Shown here one piece after another: positions 47,488 to 61,330 of a DNA stretch of 64,000 nt; the first letter of the stretch is position 1; the number at the start of each line of letters is the position of its first letter. The position numbers were made by a program, and so were the translations under genes. The notes beneath the pieces were generated by a model. That model was not told the origin of the DNA. It did no database searches and saw only the letters and a program-made list of their open reading frames with translations. Source of the DNA: Chromera velia (lineage: Eukaryota); contig JAHBMJ010000377.1 of the NCBI GenBank assembly GCA_018398765.1, forward strand, positions 62,001 to 126,000, written 5' to 3'.

Positions 47488-48229
47488 CTCCTCGGCGACA
47501 CCCTCCCTGCAGATAGGATACTCTTCCAGGGCTGCGGGTGGCGCCAGTGCCCCTGCATGCGTGGGCACATGATCACAGAAGACAACCGCACATCCAAACA
47601 GAGATTTACCAACCAACCAGCATACGGACACATTCAGGGATGGATACTGAAAGAGGACCGAGGGAAGCAATTAGACAAGAAAAGAGACTTTATACAGCTA
47701 ATCGATCAACCCCCCTATACATGTAGCCTAAATCCCAAATTGGTTCACACAAACCCATGAAGATCCCCTACCCATCTGCTCCTCACAGCTTTGCCCTCAT
47801 ACGCGTCCCCTCTAGGTCGTCAAACCAGGAGGCCTCCAGACGTTCCCTGTCGAATCTGCAGCAGCACACAATTAAAGGTAAGGAAAACATATGTAGACTG
47901 TTAATTCCAGATTAAACGCTACAGTACAGGAAAGCGGATTGAGAAGATAACACTCAAAGAAGTGGAGCGACGCGAAACGCAAAAACGGAGTATAGCTAAC
48001 ATCCCCCCACCTGAAGTGCACCATCAGCACCTCCGCTTCGTCTTCACTGATGTGGAAGGTCTCCGCCGTGTCGCGAATCTCTTTTTTCAGGATGTCCCTT
48101 ACTGCAGCCACCGTTAAAATCTCAACCACAGGTCTTCGAGATGGTCGGTGGAAGAGAAGCCGTTTTTTCGCTTTCAGTGGGGCTCCCGATGGAGTTTTCC
48201 TCACCATCTCCTGGTGCTGCATCTTGAGG
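47488..48229 (-). pseudogene. 5' part of an Ariadne-type RBR E3 ligase pseudogene (UBA-like domain and start of RING1)
   Basis: Exons 48229-48011 and 47855-47787 splice to ...KEIRDTAETFHISEDEAEVLMVHFRFDRERLEASWFDD. Exon 47552-47488 encodes EE(Y)PICREG. The joining phase of the last exon and the upstream exons are unresolved. Confidence 0.7.
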
Positions 48230-51113
48230 CTGCATCAAATTCAGCACAAAGAAGGGCAGGCGGGAAGGAAAACAGTAGGAACTGAAAAGAAGGGGAGAGG
48301 AAAAAACATGGGAAAGGGAGGTTGACAGAAGATCTTCATAAGGGGGGTCTGAAAGAAAGGAGGGAGCAGAGAGAGGACAGATGAGAGAGACGAACAAAGG
48401 AGTGTATGTACATTCTCGAAGAGGCCCGCCCGCTGTCTTAATTTGACTTTTAAAAAGAGTGAAGGGAATCTCCCAAGGAAGGGGGCAACTCCCAACATGA
48501 TTCTGAAAGGCTCTCTCTCCATATAAACAGAAAGGCAGAGAAGCTCATGATCAGAAACAAATAGAGAAAGGAATGTGAACAGTGACAAAGAGGCAGGCAT
48601 GAAGCTGCAGAGGGGAGGGGGGAAAAACACGATGGAAGGAACGAAGGGAGGGAGGGAGGGAGAGAGGGAGGAAGGATAGAAGGGAGGAAGGAAGGAAATA
48701 AAGAAATAACAACGTAAACGAAGATGGGAGAATAAAGAAGAGAGAGAGGGGGAGAGGAGAGGGGGGGAGAAGGGGGGGGAGAGAGAGAGAGAGAAAAAGT
48801 GCAGTAAGAAAAACAAGGCAGTTTTCACCTTGCATACGTTTACAAAGAGCATGTGATGACAAACATCATGTTGTGCTTATCAGGATGCAGACAGGGTAGA
48901 AAGAAAGAAACAGAGAGGGAGGACTGATCCTACAGTGTATCGATCATGGTGATTTGGACACTGCAAGAAAAGCTGCCAGCCACTTTGAGGATGGAAGACA
49001 CGATCAATGCACAGATACACAGACCCTTCAACTTATTTCATGCATACGTACACACATCGGAGAAGACAAGGAGGAAAGACCGAGATGAGAGTAAGAGAAA
49101 TAGACAGAGCCGGTAAGGCATCAATCATGGGACAGAGAGGGAAAGAAATAATGGGTGGGATTTTATAGCAAGTGCACATCATGGCAAAAGGAGCACACAG
49201 ATCAACTTAATTTCACATATGTCTACGCCTGCACGAATGTTCAAAGTGAGAGACATAGATTTTTTCGATCCCTCGTTGCAGACAAACTCATGCAGACCTT
49301 GCACCGACACTCACCTAGCACGTGCCCCCACCCCCTTCTGGTCATTTGCACAAACACAAAGCCATGCTATCAAGGAAACACAAGAGCAAGCTAGAGAGTA
49401 GAAGCCACAAAACAGTCATAAACTCCAACACAGATCAACGGATGAACAAACATCAAGTAGATTTTCCTGCAAAGTCCCCCAAATTCTAAAACTATGTACA
49501 CATAATCATACACGCACTCAAACACCACGGACCCCAAAAACAAGGATGGGCATGCTTGTTCGATTATAAAGGCCGCAAAAAGCACACACGTACACCAACC
49601 TGTTGACATCAACGGTGAGATTTCTCTTCTTGTCCAAGCTGATATCCACTGCTTTCTTTGCCCCCTTGTGGCCTCCCATACCCCAGAAGAACACCTCCTG
49701 CTCCTCTTCGTTCTCCCCTTTCAGGAATCCCGGCGCATTCTGAATGACCCCCTTCGCGAATCGTGTCTTTCTGTCCTCTGGCCAGAGCAGCCCCGTCAGC
49801 CCAGCCCCCGTCCAGTAGGAATTGAAACAAGATTCTTTTCAACTTTTTTCTGTTGACTGCCTCTATTAGATCGTCTGCCCACTCTTCAACAGGTCTCCCA
49901 GCTTCCACGGGGACCAAAAGAACGGCTGCGCGGACGTCGAGCATTTTCTGTGAAGAGCGAGAAAAAAAAAAAAAAGAGCACAGCGACCGAGTAACCTCAA
50001 ACAATAAATTGGCTCTTCTTTCCTCTGTGCTCATGATCAAGTTTGTGAATTCAAAGAGGAAAGCGATTTAATTTCTGAGGAAGCAGATGATCCCCTCCTT
50101 TTAATCTGAAGGTGACAGTGGCAGCTCTGGGGCGCTTGCGATTCTCGCATCAGCTGCCTGGCCTTGCGGAGTCCATGTAGGCAAAAAGATTATTTCACAC
50201 AGACGGCGCTTTTCTTCCATTTTCTCTGCGGGTTCAATTGACGACTAGCTATCATGCCGACTACAAAAGGTCAATGCATTTTAGAGATAAGAATGCCACA
50301 CAGAGTTTTTAGAGAAGACGCAACCAAACAAACGAGCGGGAAACTCAGAATTTCTTCATCAGAATTAAAAGGAAACTGGGAGACGCATGGGACCATGGAG
50401 GAAAAGGAGACGGATGACTTTTGTTTGAAGGCTGCTTCTCGGTCCGAAACTTCTGGTTAACTTTTCTGTCAGTCTTCGCTGACTGGAACCTTCTTTTAAT
50501 AATTTCAATTCCTGCCGCTTGCGCTGATCGGGCAAAACAAAAAAATGTAACTGACCTAGCTTTCAAAGGAGTTCTCTCGATCGAGATGGAAGGTTCCTTC
50601 CTGCATGTGCAGAATGAAAATTCAAAAAGAAAGACGGGTCGGTCGAAGAAGGCTGACAGACAGGTCACAGTTCAAAGGAATTTTTTCTTTGTTCTCACCT
50701 GGATACACCTGGACAGATCCTATGCACTAGGCCGAAATGAATGCACTCAAGGAGAATGACGAGTGCCCGTTTCTGTTGGAATGACTGTCGGATTGCAGGG
50801 GCGCATAGGGGTGCACAACAGTATCGATCACTATGCAACATATTGCATACATATTGCAACATCCATGCAACCTGTTTTTTTCCCGCGCGCGGCGCGGCGC
50901 CTTGCATGCAAGGCCCCAATTAACTTTGCAGTCGCGCGCCGCCGAGCATCGCAACCATCTTCAACCATACTATACAGGCAAAAGAACTGCACGTCACTAT
51001 GCTCATCTATCAGGGAGACGATCTCTTCGGAGGATCTGTATTACAATCAAAGCAAAGAGATCCTTAGGACAGAGAGCGAGAGAGAGGCAGAAGAGTGTCC
51101 GGTTTGACGAAAG

Positions 51114-52225
51114 ATGAGTGCAGAAAACCCAGCCGCGGTGAAGGTGAAGGAGACTGCCGTCTCCCCCACCTCCCTCATCATGTCGGAGCCCCTGAAGCAC
51201 TTGGTGCATGAACACTTGTGGGAGTTCGACTCTGACTTCAAAAAGATGGAAGCGTACATGTTCAACTCGCGTGGCATGACGGAATTCGGCCATGCAAGGC
51301 AAACTTTCAAAAACCACTTGTGTGGCACCTTTGCTCTCTGTGCCGCTTGGGGCCTGCCTAGAGCTGTGAACCGCTGTGGTTTGTTCCACACCACCTACTC
51401 AGGGGATCTGTTCCGATTCTGTGTGTTGCGTTCTGAGAGTTCAGAGGACAGGGCGACTCTCCGCGGGGTGATCGGGGAAGACGCAGAGAGACTGGTCCAT
51501 CTGTTTGGGTCCGTGCGAAGACAGAAGGTGATGGACCACATCTTTGAGAACGGGTCTCTGCCCGACTCGATGCAAGTTCCCCTCAACAGAGAGACGGACA
51601 AGAAAGCTCTAGAGTCTGAGACCGTCTCCGTCTCCTCTCTGAATGCTGCTGCGATCATGATGGTCACTGTAGCCGACTATCTGGATCAGTTGACCGGGTG
51701 CAATGCCTGGAAGGATATCTACCAGGTAGAAGGGGAGGACCAAGTGATGCTGTGGCCCGGGTCCGGCAAGCCCGGCGTGGCCCATCACTGGCTGACCAAG
51801 CTTGCAAAGGCCTCCGCCCCTCTTCTCCCATGCAGTGTCCCTCCCGCTGTGTTCGAGAACTGCACCGGCACCATCACAGAAGAAGACGAGACAACTGCGA
51901 GGGACCTCTACTGGGACGTGGTGAGGGATGATGATGACAAGAAAATGTCCGAGGAACAGAAGGAGGAGGCACTGAGGAAGTGCATTCAACTGAACAGGTC
52001 CGTATGACAGACACACACACACTCTTTTCCCCCATAATACTTCCCGCCTGCCTTGTGCTTCTCCTTCATACTTCCCGACTCCTTGTGCTTCCCTATGCAC
52101 CCCACTTCATATGGTCCGGAAGGAGCTGCTGTAGCTAGACGTGTAGTTTCCGTTTTGATTCGTTCTCACTGACCGTCAGATGGACAGATCTTCATTTCAT
52201 TTCGCCAGATGCTTCCCAGACAGCT

Positions 52226-52256
<31 letters not shown>

Positions 52257-52840
52257 ACATCCATCTGCATGTTGATAGCTGCATGTGCGTCTGAGAATGG
52301 GGGTGTTCCTCTCCTTCATCATGTCGGTGCTGGTAGTCGCGTCTCCTTTCCCTTCAGAGCAGGCAGGCAGTTTCTTTGATGGATCCAGCAGACAGACACT
52401 TCTTCCCTGACTCTGGAAAATAAATTATGAAGTTTTGGGTCGCATATATCTGCATGTAGATGCATGTTCAAATTTTGATGTGAAGTTTCACCCAACTACG
52501 TTCCAATGGAAGCAGATTCGTCGGAGAGCCCCACACGCTCCTTGCTCAGATTCTCTTCCGCAAGGGCCTGCACGCAGAGGCGAGCGCGGAGTGCCAGCAG
52601 GCATTGCGGAAGATGTACGCGATGTGCACAGCCTGGGACAAGCGGATGCCTTGGAATGAGTGGGTGTGCTTCACCAGAATTACCTGGCTCCGGTCTGCGC
52701 GTCTCAGCCGGGGGTTGCCCGAAGACTTCCCGCGTCGGGAGAATGGACTGTGTGTCCTGGAGGAGATGGTGGAGGAGATTGAGAAGCTCGAAAAGGAAGG
52801 GCAGGAAAAGGAGGAGACAAGGGGAAGGCAGGCAGGTTGA
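51114..52840 (+). CDS. DUF6817-like (HD-type N-terminal motif) protein with TPR-like C-terminus, 402 aa, exons 51114-51997 and 52516-52840
   Basis: GHARQTFKNHLCGTF...WG...CGLFHTTYS; spliced C-terminus NRFVGEPHTLLAQ...AWDKRMPWNEW. GT-AG intron with consistent phase. Confidence 0.78.
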
Positions 52841-53866
52841 GGGACTGACAGTCTGAAGGCGGGAGGGAAGGGCGAAATGCGACCATGAAGCGGGATGCTG
52901 CAATTAAGGGAATCATGGGAAGACTGTGAGGAGAGAAGCCAGAGAGCAGCTAGGCATGAGGGCGGCTGTCTGGTGGGTTTGTCCGTCTCCATCTCGTCTT
53001 GCCTTGTTCACAGCTGGCGGGGGGGCTGTGGGGCCCTTGCCTTTCATGTTTGTGGATTCCCTGATTGTAATTTTTTTTCTTTCTGGGCGTGAGGTGGCGA
53101 GGTGCTTGTAGAAAGAAGAGGCAAGAGGGAGGGATCGAATTGTGAATCCGAGACGGAATTCTGTATCACGTCGATTACATGTGACCGCATGTCGTTTTTT
53201 TTGTGATTTTTTCTTTCTCGGTATTCGTCATACCGGGAGCTCTATTTATTCGTCCCTTCGCGTCAAGCTAAGTGCGTGTGCGTGTCGCTGCGATCTGATA
53301 AGCGGCGCTGGTCACATACATGCAAAGTGTATATCTGGACACACACGCATGCATTCAAGCGCGTGAAATGACGAAATAACTGAAAGTTCCGAAATGCCTT
53401 CAGTTATGCGAAAAGAGGAGAGTGGGGGAGAAGATCTTTCGACGACTTCCCTTTTTTCGTCTATTTAACTGACAATCTCTGTACATGCACGTTCACTTCG
53501 GTTTCCTCCTTTTCTTTCCTTTGCCGCATGACATCCTCTGTGAGTCATTCAAACATTTTGTTTTCTATTAAGAATCAGTCTTTGCTGCACTCTCTCTATC
53601 GACGAACCGTGGATGCATGGAAATTGGCTTCTCGATCTGTGCCCTTGCCCCTCCTGCCTCATTGTGTATGAGTTCATCGGGGAATAGGAATCGAAGGATC
53701 GAGGGAATACATGCAGACGTGAGGGGAAACTTCCGGGTCGATCCGGGCACAATAATTTTCCATCCATCGTGTCCACATTTGTCGACATACGCCCGAAAAT
53801 GGGCGGTTTGGCCTTTGCTCTATGCGTGCTGTCCTAGGTGCTGAACTCTCTCTCTCCCTCCCTCCT

Positions 53867-53928
<62 letters not shown>

Positions 53929-54514
53929 TATGTGTGGACCTATACGCCCGAAAATAGGTGGATTTATCTTCGCTGTATATATGTGCTTTGTTGATTTGAG
54001 AAGCTCAGATTAAGAGCCGTCAGTCAATCAAAATCTGAAGCTGATTTCAAATATTCTTAATTCAGCCACTGTTTATAAAATTCCTGGTATAAAATTCTTC
54101 TATAGAAATTCTTCCATCGACTCATATAGGGATATCGAGAGGGCTTTATAAAGAAGGGTTATAAGATAACTTGAATTAACGGCTAATGAAACTAATTGAA
54201 CGGTAAGTTGAATCTCAAGAAACAAATTTGACTCTTTCCCTATCTTATAGAAAAAATCACTAAAAACTTCTAAATTTAAATTTAAAATCAGATTTAAAAA
54301 TTATATCTAAAATTATATTTTAGAACGGACCCTAGAGTCTATCGTCTCAAATCAAACTGTTTTAAGCTTTATTTCACTTTAAAACATTTTAATTAAAAGT
54401 TAAAACTCTACAGATCGCACGATTTGATCGCACCTAGATCGATGCAGCTACTTTTATAAAACCGAAATGGCGAAATCGACGGATTTTTTATTTACTTGCA
54501 TGAATTAACTTAAT

Positions 54515-55944
54515 TTACGAAGCTCCGACTCCCTGAAGTGCTGCGAGGCGCTTCCTCCTCATCTCCTCCTTGTCACTGACCACCTCCCCTCCTGTGGCGT
54601 GGCCTGGCGTCTTCCATACCTTCTCGGGGTCCACACCGTCAATTACCTGCAAGGGGCGGCGAGAGAGCGGGAGTGTGCGCGCATTTAGAGCGCTCCCTGA
54701 AAAAGAATTCTGTATGAAAATGCTGAATCCATGCACCGTCAATTACCTGCAAGGGCGGGCGAGAGAGCGGGAGAGGCAGAGACTAATCGTTGCGGCAGGC
54801 ACTCTCTTCCTCGTTCTCTGCATGCGGGGCGGTTCTCTGCCTAGCTGCCTGCTTCCCTGGCTGTCTGACTCTCGGAATTAGTATCGGTCTGACAGTCCGT
54901 GTGACCGTGTGTTCTTCTCTCCGACTGTCCTTTCGGTCAGTCTGGCTGTTTGTGCTTGCCTGTCTCTTCGTTTATGAATGCAAGCATGTTCATCAGGCAG
55001 ACCCCCCAACCCCCCAACCCACCCACCTTCTCGATGTCAAATCCCTCAGCCTTGGGGTTTGGTTTGTACTCTCCCCCCGTCACCTGTGCTAAGAGTCCGG
55101 GGTTGGCTGCCCCCATTCTCTCTAGCTGCTTGTACCTGCATGCAGCCATTCCGCGTCAGATTCCTTCCTTCCACCCATGCATCGATTCATTCACTCATTC
55201 ATTCATCAATCCATCAACCAGTAGCTCAGAGGAGGAAGGGAGAGAGGATCGATCGAGGAAAGAAGTGCATATCTCTCACTCATACCGGCAGGTTCATTCG
55301 ACACGTGCATGACCGAAACGTGATGACCAAAACAAGTACAGCGTCTTTCTTTCTTTCTTTCTTGTTGAAGAATGAATGACTTTTAGGGATCTTGCGTTGA
55401 ATCAGAGGTAGGTGGGTCGATGGGTGGAGAGAGAGAGAAATTAGAGTCGGACATGCAGGGAGGGAACGGACACGAGGGAGGCCAGGCCTAGCTTCGGGAG
55501 GAATTAAGAGACAGCTAGGAGAGGAATAACAACAATGAAGTTACAAGGGGTGAAAGGAAAGACACATATACCACCAGATTAGCCGAGCTACGTCAGAGTA
55601 CAGTCAATCGGACATTCACAAGGGGGAGGTGGATCCCCGAGGGAGGAGATTGTGCATTGAATGGTAAGGTGGGCTTTTTGCTTTCTTTCACGCGCATGCA
55701 TGTACAGATGTATGCATGTGTTTGCCTGTGTGTGTTTTGGTTGTTCAGTGCAGGACTGCGCATGCATGTACAGATGTATGCATGTGTTTGCCTGTGTGTG
55801 TTTTGGTTGTGCAGTGCAGGACTGCGCATGCATGTACAGATGTATGCATGTGTTTGCCTGTGTGTGTTTTGGTTGTTCAGTGCAGGACTGCGCATGCATG
55901 TACAGATGTATGCATGTGTTTGCCTGTGTGTGTTTTGGTTGTNC

Positions 55945-56011
<67 letters not shown>

Positions 56012-56739
56012 AAGAAAGAAAGACAGACAGACAGACTATATGTTTCTTCTTCTCCCTCCTTTTCTTCATGAACACAACAGACAAAAAGAAAGAAAGAACA
56101 AAGACAAAAGAACAGCACCAACAATCAAACAGCGTGGGCAGGGGGCCCGAAAGGTGAGAGTTAAGCGCCCCTTGCCTCTCCACCTCCCGACAGACTTTCA
56201 CGTGATCACTGGTTTCACACGCTACTCCTCTGCTGCTTCCACTCAAGACAAGAAAGAGAAGAAAAAAAAGACAAGACAAGAACATTCAAAAATCAAAAAA
56301 AGAAAAAGGAAAAAAGAAAACTGCACGCGGGGACCGGCACCGTCATGGTCTTTAGACAGGGGTGGGGGGGTGGGGGGGCGTCCCTGCGGAGGGGGATTCT
56401 TCTGATGCTGTGTCTTCGTATCTTGCGGGAGGACTCTTTCGGCGGTAACGAAACTCTCAAAGTCCCATACCGAAAGAGCGACGGTGCTGGTGGGGCCGGA
56501 AACCTTCTCCAGAACCTCTTCTCTCTCTCAGGATTCCTGTTCTGAAGGGGACGGGTTTTGATGCTCTTGGTCATGCGTGGAAGCTCGGTTGGGGATGTCG
56601 CTAGAAGCAGAAGCAGAAGCCGAGGCGGAATTGGGTTCTGCGGCTGGGGCGGAGACGGGGGCTGGCATGGGATCGGGGGCGGCGGCTGCATCTGGCTCTG
56701 GCTGGTTCTCTTCTGTTCGGTGCAGCCTTCTTGACAGAC

Positions 56740-56780
<41 letters not shown>

Positions 56781-57418
56781 AAGAAAGAAAGAAAGAAAGA
56801 CAGACAGAAAGAAAGAAAGATAGAAAGAAAGAAAGGAAGGAAGGAAGGAAGGAAGAAGGAACCGAGAAGGGAAGGAAGACAAGAAGAAGCAGAAACACCG
56901 ACAGGCGGCCAGCAGATAATAGAGAGTGAACGAGTAATTGCATGAGTGAAAGAAATTCAATGAATCAATAAATGAATGAGTGCACAAATGAATGGACGAA
57001 TGAATGAAAAAATTAGAGCACGAATAAACAAATGAACAGAGGAATCTGAATGAACTACACACACCTCCCGTCAAGTCGTTTCCCGAGCAGATAGAAGAGC
57101 GCACAATCCGAGAACGAGTTGCAGTTTTTTCTCACAAGATCGTAACTTCCCTCTGCATGCATGCAGGCAGTCCCACACACAGAAATAAATAAAGGAAGAG
57201 AGAAAGGAAGAAAAAGATAAATTAAAGGATCACACACACCGACAGAGAGAAGCGAGCGGGGAGTCAATTTAGAGAGCGGAAAGGAAACAAAAGCAAGAGC
57301 GGATGGGTGAAAGCGACACAAGAAGGTAAGGGAAGGGAAAGAAAGGGAAGGGAAAAGAAATCAAATGAACTCAGCGTACTCCCCCCCCCCTCATGTTCCT
57401 TTGCATTCTTTCCTATTT

Positions 57419-57459
<41 letters not shown>

Positions 57460-59993
57460 AAGGAACCCTTAATCGACGCACGTACGCTGTGAATACCAGA
57501 CAGACGATTGATCCTCCAGATCGTCCTGCCACGACTTCAAAAAAAAAGGGGGAGAGAAGGCAAAAAGAGAGACGTCAATCCAACGAAGACAGCTAGACCA
57601 TGCATGCTTCATTCCTCGACAGATTGACCGACCGACCGACCAACTGCATAGTCCTCTCCACGCAGACGAACCAGCAAGCACACAGGCGGAAAGTCAGACC
57701 AGAAAAAGTAAGCAGAATCCCGAGCAAGGAAGGGGAAGGAATCGAAAAGAAGCCTGTCACCACAAAAACAGACGACTAACCTCCGAAGTGAGACCTCAAA
57801 GCAAGCAGCACATCCGATCCAGACTTGTCGGACATCCCTGCAACACAACGCAAAGCAATGCCGTACAGCGACACACATGGGATGCATTTTAGTATACTGA
57901 ATTATGAAGGAGTAACACAAACCTGCAAGGCCATGACATACAAATGGGAATTCGGATTCATGCAGATCGATCGATCGATCGATCGTTCATTCATTCATTC
58001 ATTCATTCATTCATTCGAGGAGAATTAACTTTAAAAAAAAAAAAAAAACGAGGACCTGCATGTCCGTCCCGCTGTGGTCGGACAACCCGTTCCCTTGACC
58101 GTCAGTCTGTATGGTCCGCTTGAAAAATTCACTCAGTCGCACAACAAAGTGAGCAAAATGGACAGACATCGATGGAATGATCGGCCCAGCTGTCCAGAAA
58201 CAGCAAGAGAGAAAGAACACGCGAGAAAGGAAGGAAGGAACAGATTCAGGGAATACATCTATTCTTCTCTGTGTGTCTCTCTCTCTTCCGATACAGAATC
58301 GAGTTGGTTGCCGTCCTCCCTCAAGCCTCCCTTCCCTCTTCTCCACCACCAGAAGGCACGGAGGCAGGCAGAATGAGTTCAGCTTTGTTGTAAATACATC
58401 TCTCCTGCTTATAATGCCTATGAATCCATCTGCCCGCACGTCAACTTCCTCAATTCGGTTCCATGCACCCATGAATGCGGTCAGACGAATCGATCGATGG
58501 TTCATTCAAACTTTCCCCTTCGTCTTCATTCCTGATTGACCCAATCCATCCAATCCACTCACTCATCCCCTCGTCTTCATTCCTGATTGACCCAATTCAT
58601 CCAATGCACTCACTCATCCCCTCGTCTTCATTCCTGATTGACCCAATCCATCCAATCCACTCACTCATCCCCTCGTCTTCATTCCTGATTGACCCAATCC
58701 ATCCAATCCACTCACTCATCCCCTCGTCTTCATTCCTGATTGACCCAATCCATCCAAGCACTCACTCATCAGACAGCCAACCATCAATCAACCCAAACAC
58801 ACCCACGGCACTCCAATCACATCACGGCCTCGTGAGGAGTCCACAGAAAGACACAGCAGCAGAGAGAGAGAGAAAGAGAGACCCCAGAAGGCCTCTGCAC
58901 TGACCCATGTCGATGACTGCTGTCTTCTGTCCTGCCTGGTTTGCCTGCTGGTGACTGCCAAGGTTTCGTGTGGTCTCCACGCCCCCCATGTCGAAGAAGT
59001 ACTCCTCTCCGTTCACAACCACGGAGGTGTGGTAGGCCTGAAAGGGAGGGATTCCTCCTGCAGGCACTCATCAACCAACAGCACTGCATATATAGGAGGT
59101 GTGGTAGGCCTGAAAGGGAGGGATTCCTCCCGCAGGCACTCATCAACCAACAGCACTGCATATATAGGAGGTGTGGTAGGCCTGAAAGGGAGGGATTCCT
59201 CCTGCAGGCACTCATCAACCAACAGCACTGCATATATAGGAGGTGTGGTAGGCCTGAAAGGGAGGGATTCCTCCTGCATACACTCATCAACCAACAGCAC
59301 TGCATATATAGGAGGTGTGGTAGGCCTGAAAGGGAGGGATTCCTCCTGCAGGCACTCACCAACCAACAGCACTGCATATATAGGAGGTGTGGTAGGCCTG
59401 AAAGGGAGGGATTCCTCCTGCATACACTCATCAACCAACAGCACTGCATATATAGGAGGTGTGGTAGGCCTGAAAGGGAGGGATTCCTCCTGCAGGCACT
59501 CATCAACCAACAGCACTGCATATATAAGATGTGTGGTAGGCCTGAAAGGGAGGGATTCCTCCTGCAGGCACTCATCAACCAACAGCACTGCATATATAGG
59601 AGGTGTGGTAGGCCTGAAAGGGAGGGATTCCTCCTGCAGGCACTCATCAACCAACAGCACTGAAAGGATAAGATCGCACAATGTTCTCATTTCACCATGA
59701 GGCAAACACCCGGGCATGGGGGCATCAATGGAATAGGCAAAGAGTCTGGGGGCAAAGAGTTGAGTCGAAAGTTGGCGTACGCGAAGGCATTCGGAGACGG
59801 CAAGAAGCATAGATGCAACGACAGAGAGCGTGTGCTAACCGAGGACAGTTGCGGCCAGCTGGACTTTGTTCTTGGCCTTAGCAGGGTCGATGATTCTTCC
59901 TGTACTCCCGCTCTTCGCAGGGGGGGAGGCAGAGGATTGGGAGGGGCCTGCTGGGGCTCCCTGCGGAGCCTCACTCGTTTGGTTTGCTCCCAT
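54515..59993 (-). CDS. PPPDE/DeSI-family isopeptidase, 230 aa, 6 exons: 59993-59840, 59057-58905, 57837-57781, 57152-57065, 55135-55027, 54646-54515
   Basis: Catalytic motifs AYHTSVVVNGEEYFF and YDLVRKNCNSFSD. All phases join into 693 nt. N-terminus MGANQTS is myristoylation-like. Confidence 0.88.
55693..55942. repeat. Intronic minisatellite, 66-bp unit, ~3.8 copies, ending at an N
   Basis: CGCATGCATGTACAGATGTATGCATGTG... period 66. Confidence 0.92.
58516..58770. repeat. Intronic minisatellite, 51-bp unit, ~5 copies
   Basis: CCCCTCGTCTTCATTCCTGATTGACCCAATCCATCCAATCCACTCACTCAT. Confidence 0.92.
59023..59662. repeat. 72-bp tandem repeat, ~9 copies, spanning the intron 1/exon 2 boundary of the PPPDE gene
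   Basis: Each unit (minus strand) carries an acceptor-like (T/G)GCAG|GAGGAATCC...TACCACA and continues into an in-frame TGA. Confidence 0.95.
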
Positions 59994-61297
59994 CTTCCCT
60001 TCCACCAGTTCTCTTTCCGAAATCTGTCGTTCTGCAAAAGGCGTACCAGAAGTGAAAACTGATCCTCAGTTAAACAGACTTTTGGGGTTGTTGCTGGGCT
60101 TGAAGAGGTTTGAATGTAGGTTGGGAATGTTGTGGAAGTTTGCATGCATGGATTGTTGCTGTGTTGGGCAATGTTGGGCATCGAAGAGCTATAGAGCTTT
60201 AGGACACACACAAAATTTTTTGTCAAGTCTTCTGCAATCTTCTGCATGCGTGTGCATGCTCACACCATGCTCCCTCTCCTCTGTCCCTCACCCTGACCAT
60301 CCCCTCTCTTCTCCAAGTCCCCATCGTCCGATCAACTCTGTCAGACAACTTCCCCAACTTCCTTAAAGTGTCCCGAGAGTGTCCTTAGTCGACTGTTGGG
60401 ACGGTGAAGGGAACTTGTCCGGTTTCGGGGTGGTTTGGGGAAGTTGCGTTCTCGGGCTGTTGCTCGGCGCGTCAAACTGGACTCTGGTGGAACCTCGATC
60501 GCCCCTTAAAGTCAGTCACGCAGAGGAACCTTCGACACACCTTTGCTGGAGATCGAAAGACTCACCTGTGTGCAGATTTTGAGGACAGGGGATGAACGTT
60601 TCGGTCAACTGGGGGCCCTGGAGGGAGACGGTGGTGCAACAGTGAAAGTGTATCCACTAGACCGATGAAGGGTGATCGGTCCTTTGCTAGGGTCCTTTGC
60701 TGAAGTCATCACCTGATCATGCACAGAGGGACTGCATCCTAGTCAGCATACTGTCCTGTGTGCAGGTTGGGAGTTGATTTCAACCGCTGTGAATCCAGAA
60801 TAAAATTTGTCTCCATCTTTTTGCTGCAGCAGAAAACGTGAGAGAGAAGAAGCCGCTTCCCTTCGTAAGTCTTCGGTAGTCTTTGGGTGCATCGACCCGT
60901 TTTGTGTTCAAGAAAATGATGTGCTCTCATCAGGAGCATTTTTTGTTTTGTCTCCTCAGCGTTGTGAATTCAGTGTGTCTTACCACGTGAGCCCGTCCAT
61001 CCATCTGTTTTGAATTCTTTCCGTTTTTTCCCGTTGTCCACAAGTACCCGTGCCTAACCTCTTCCCTCTCGAGTTCAAACAGCGGCCGTGTTCCAACATA
61101 ATCAGTGACACCAGAACTCCCGCATGATTAGGCACTGAGGCCCGCGATCCGCCCGCGATCTCGGCACTTCAACTCTCTCGTCTTTGAGATGATGATGAGA
61201 GTTGCAGCTAGAGGGTCTTTTCACTTCTTTCACTGCCCGAGTAATTGTGTGTGAGTCCTTTATGTGTGTGTGTGTGTATGTGTATGTGTGTGTGTGT

Positions 61298-61330
<33 letters not shown>

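Noticed and set aside
54010..54514. AT-rich island here (and 9000-9660) as a transposon
   Set aside because: No convincing TIR/TSD pair was found.
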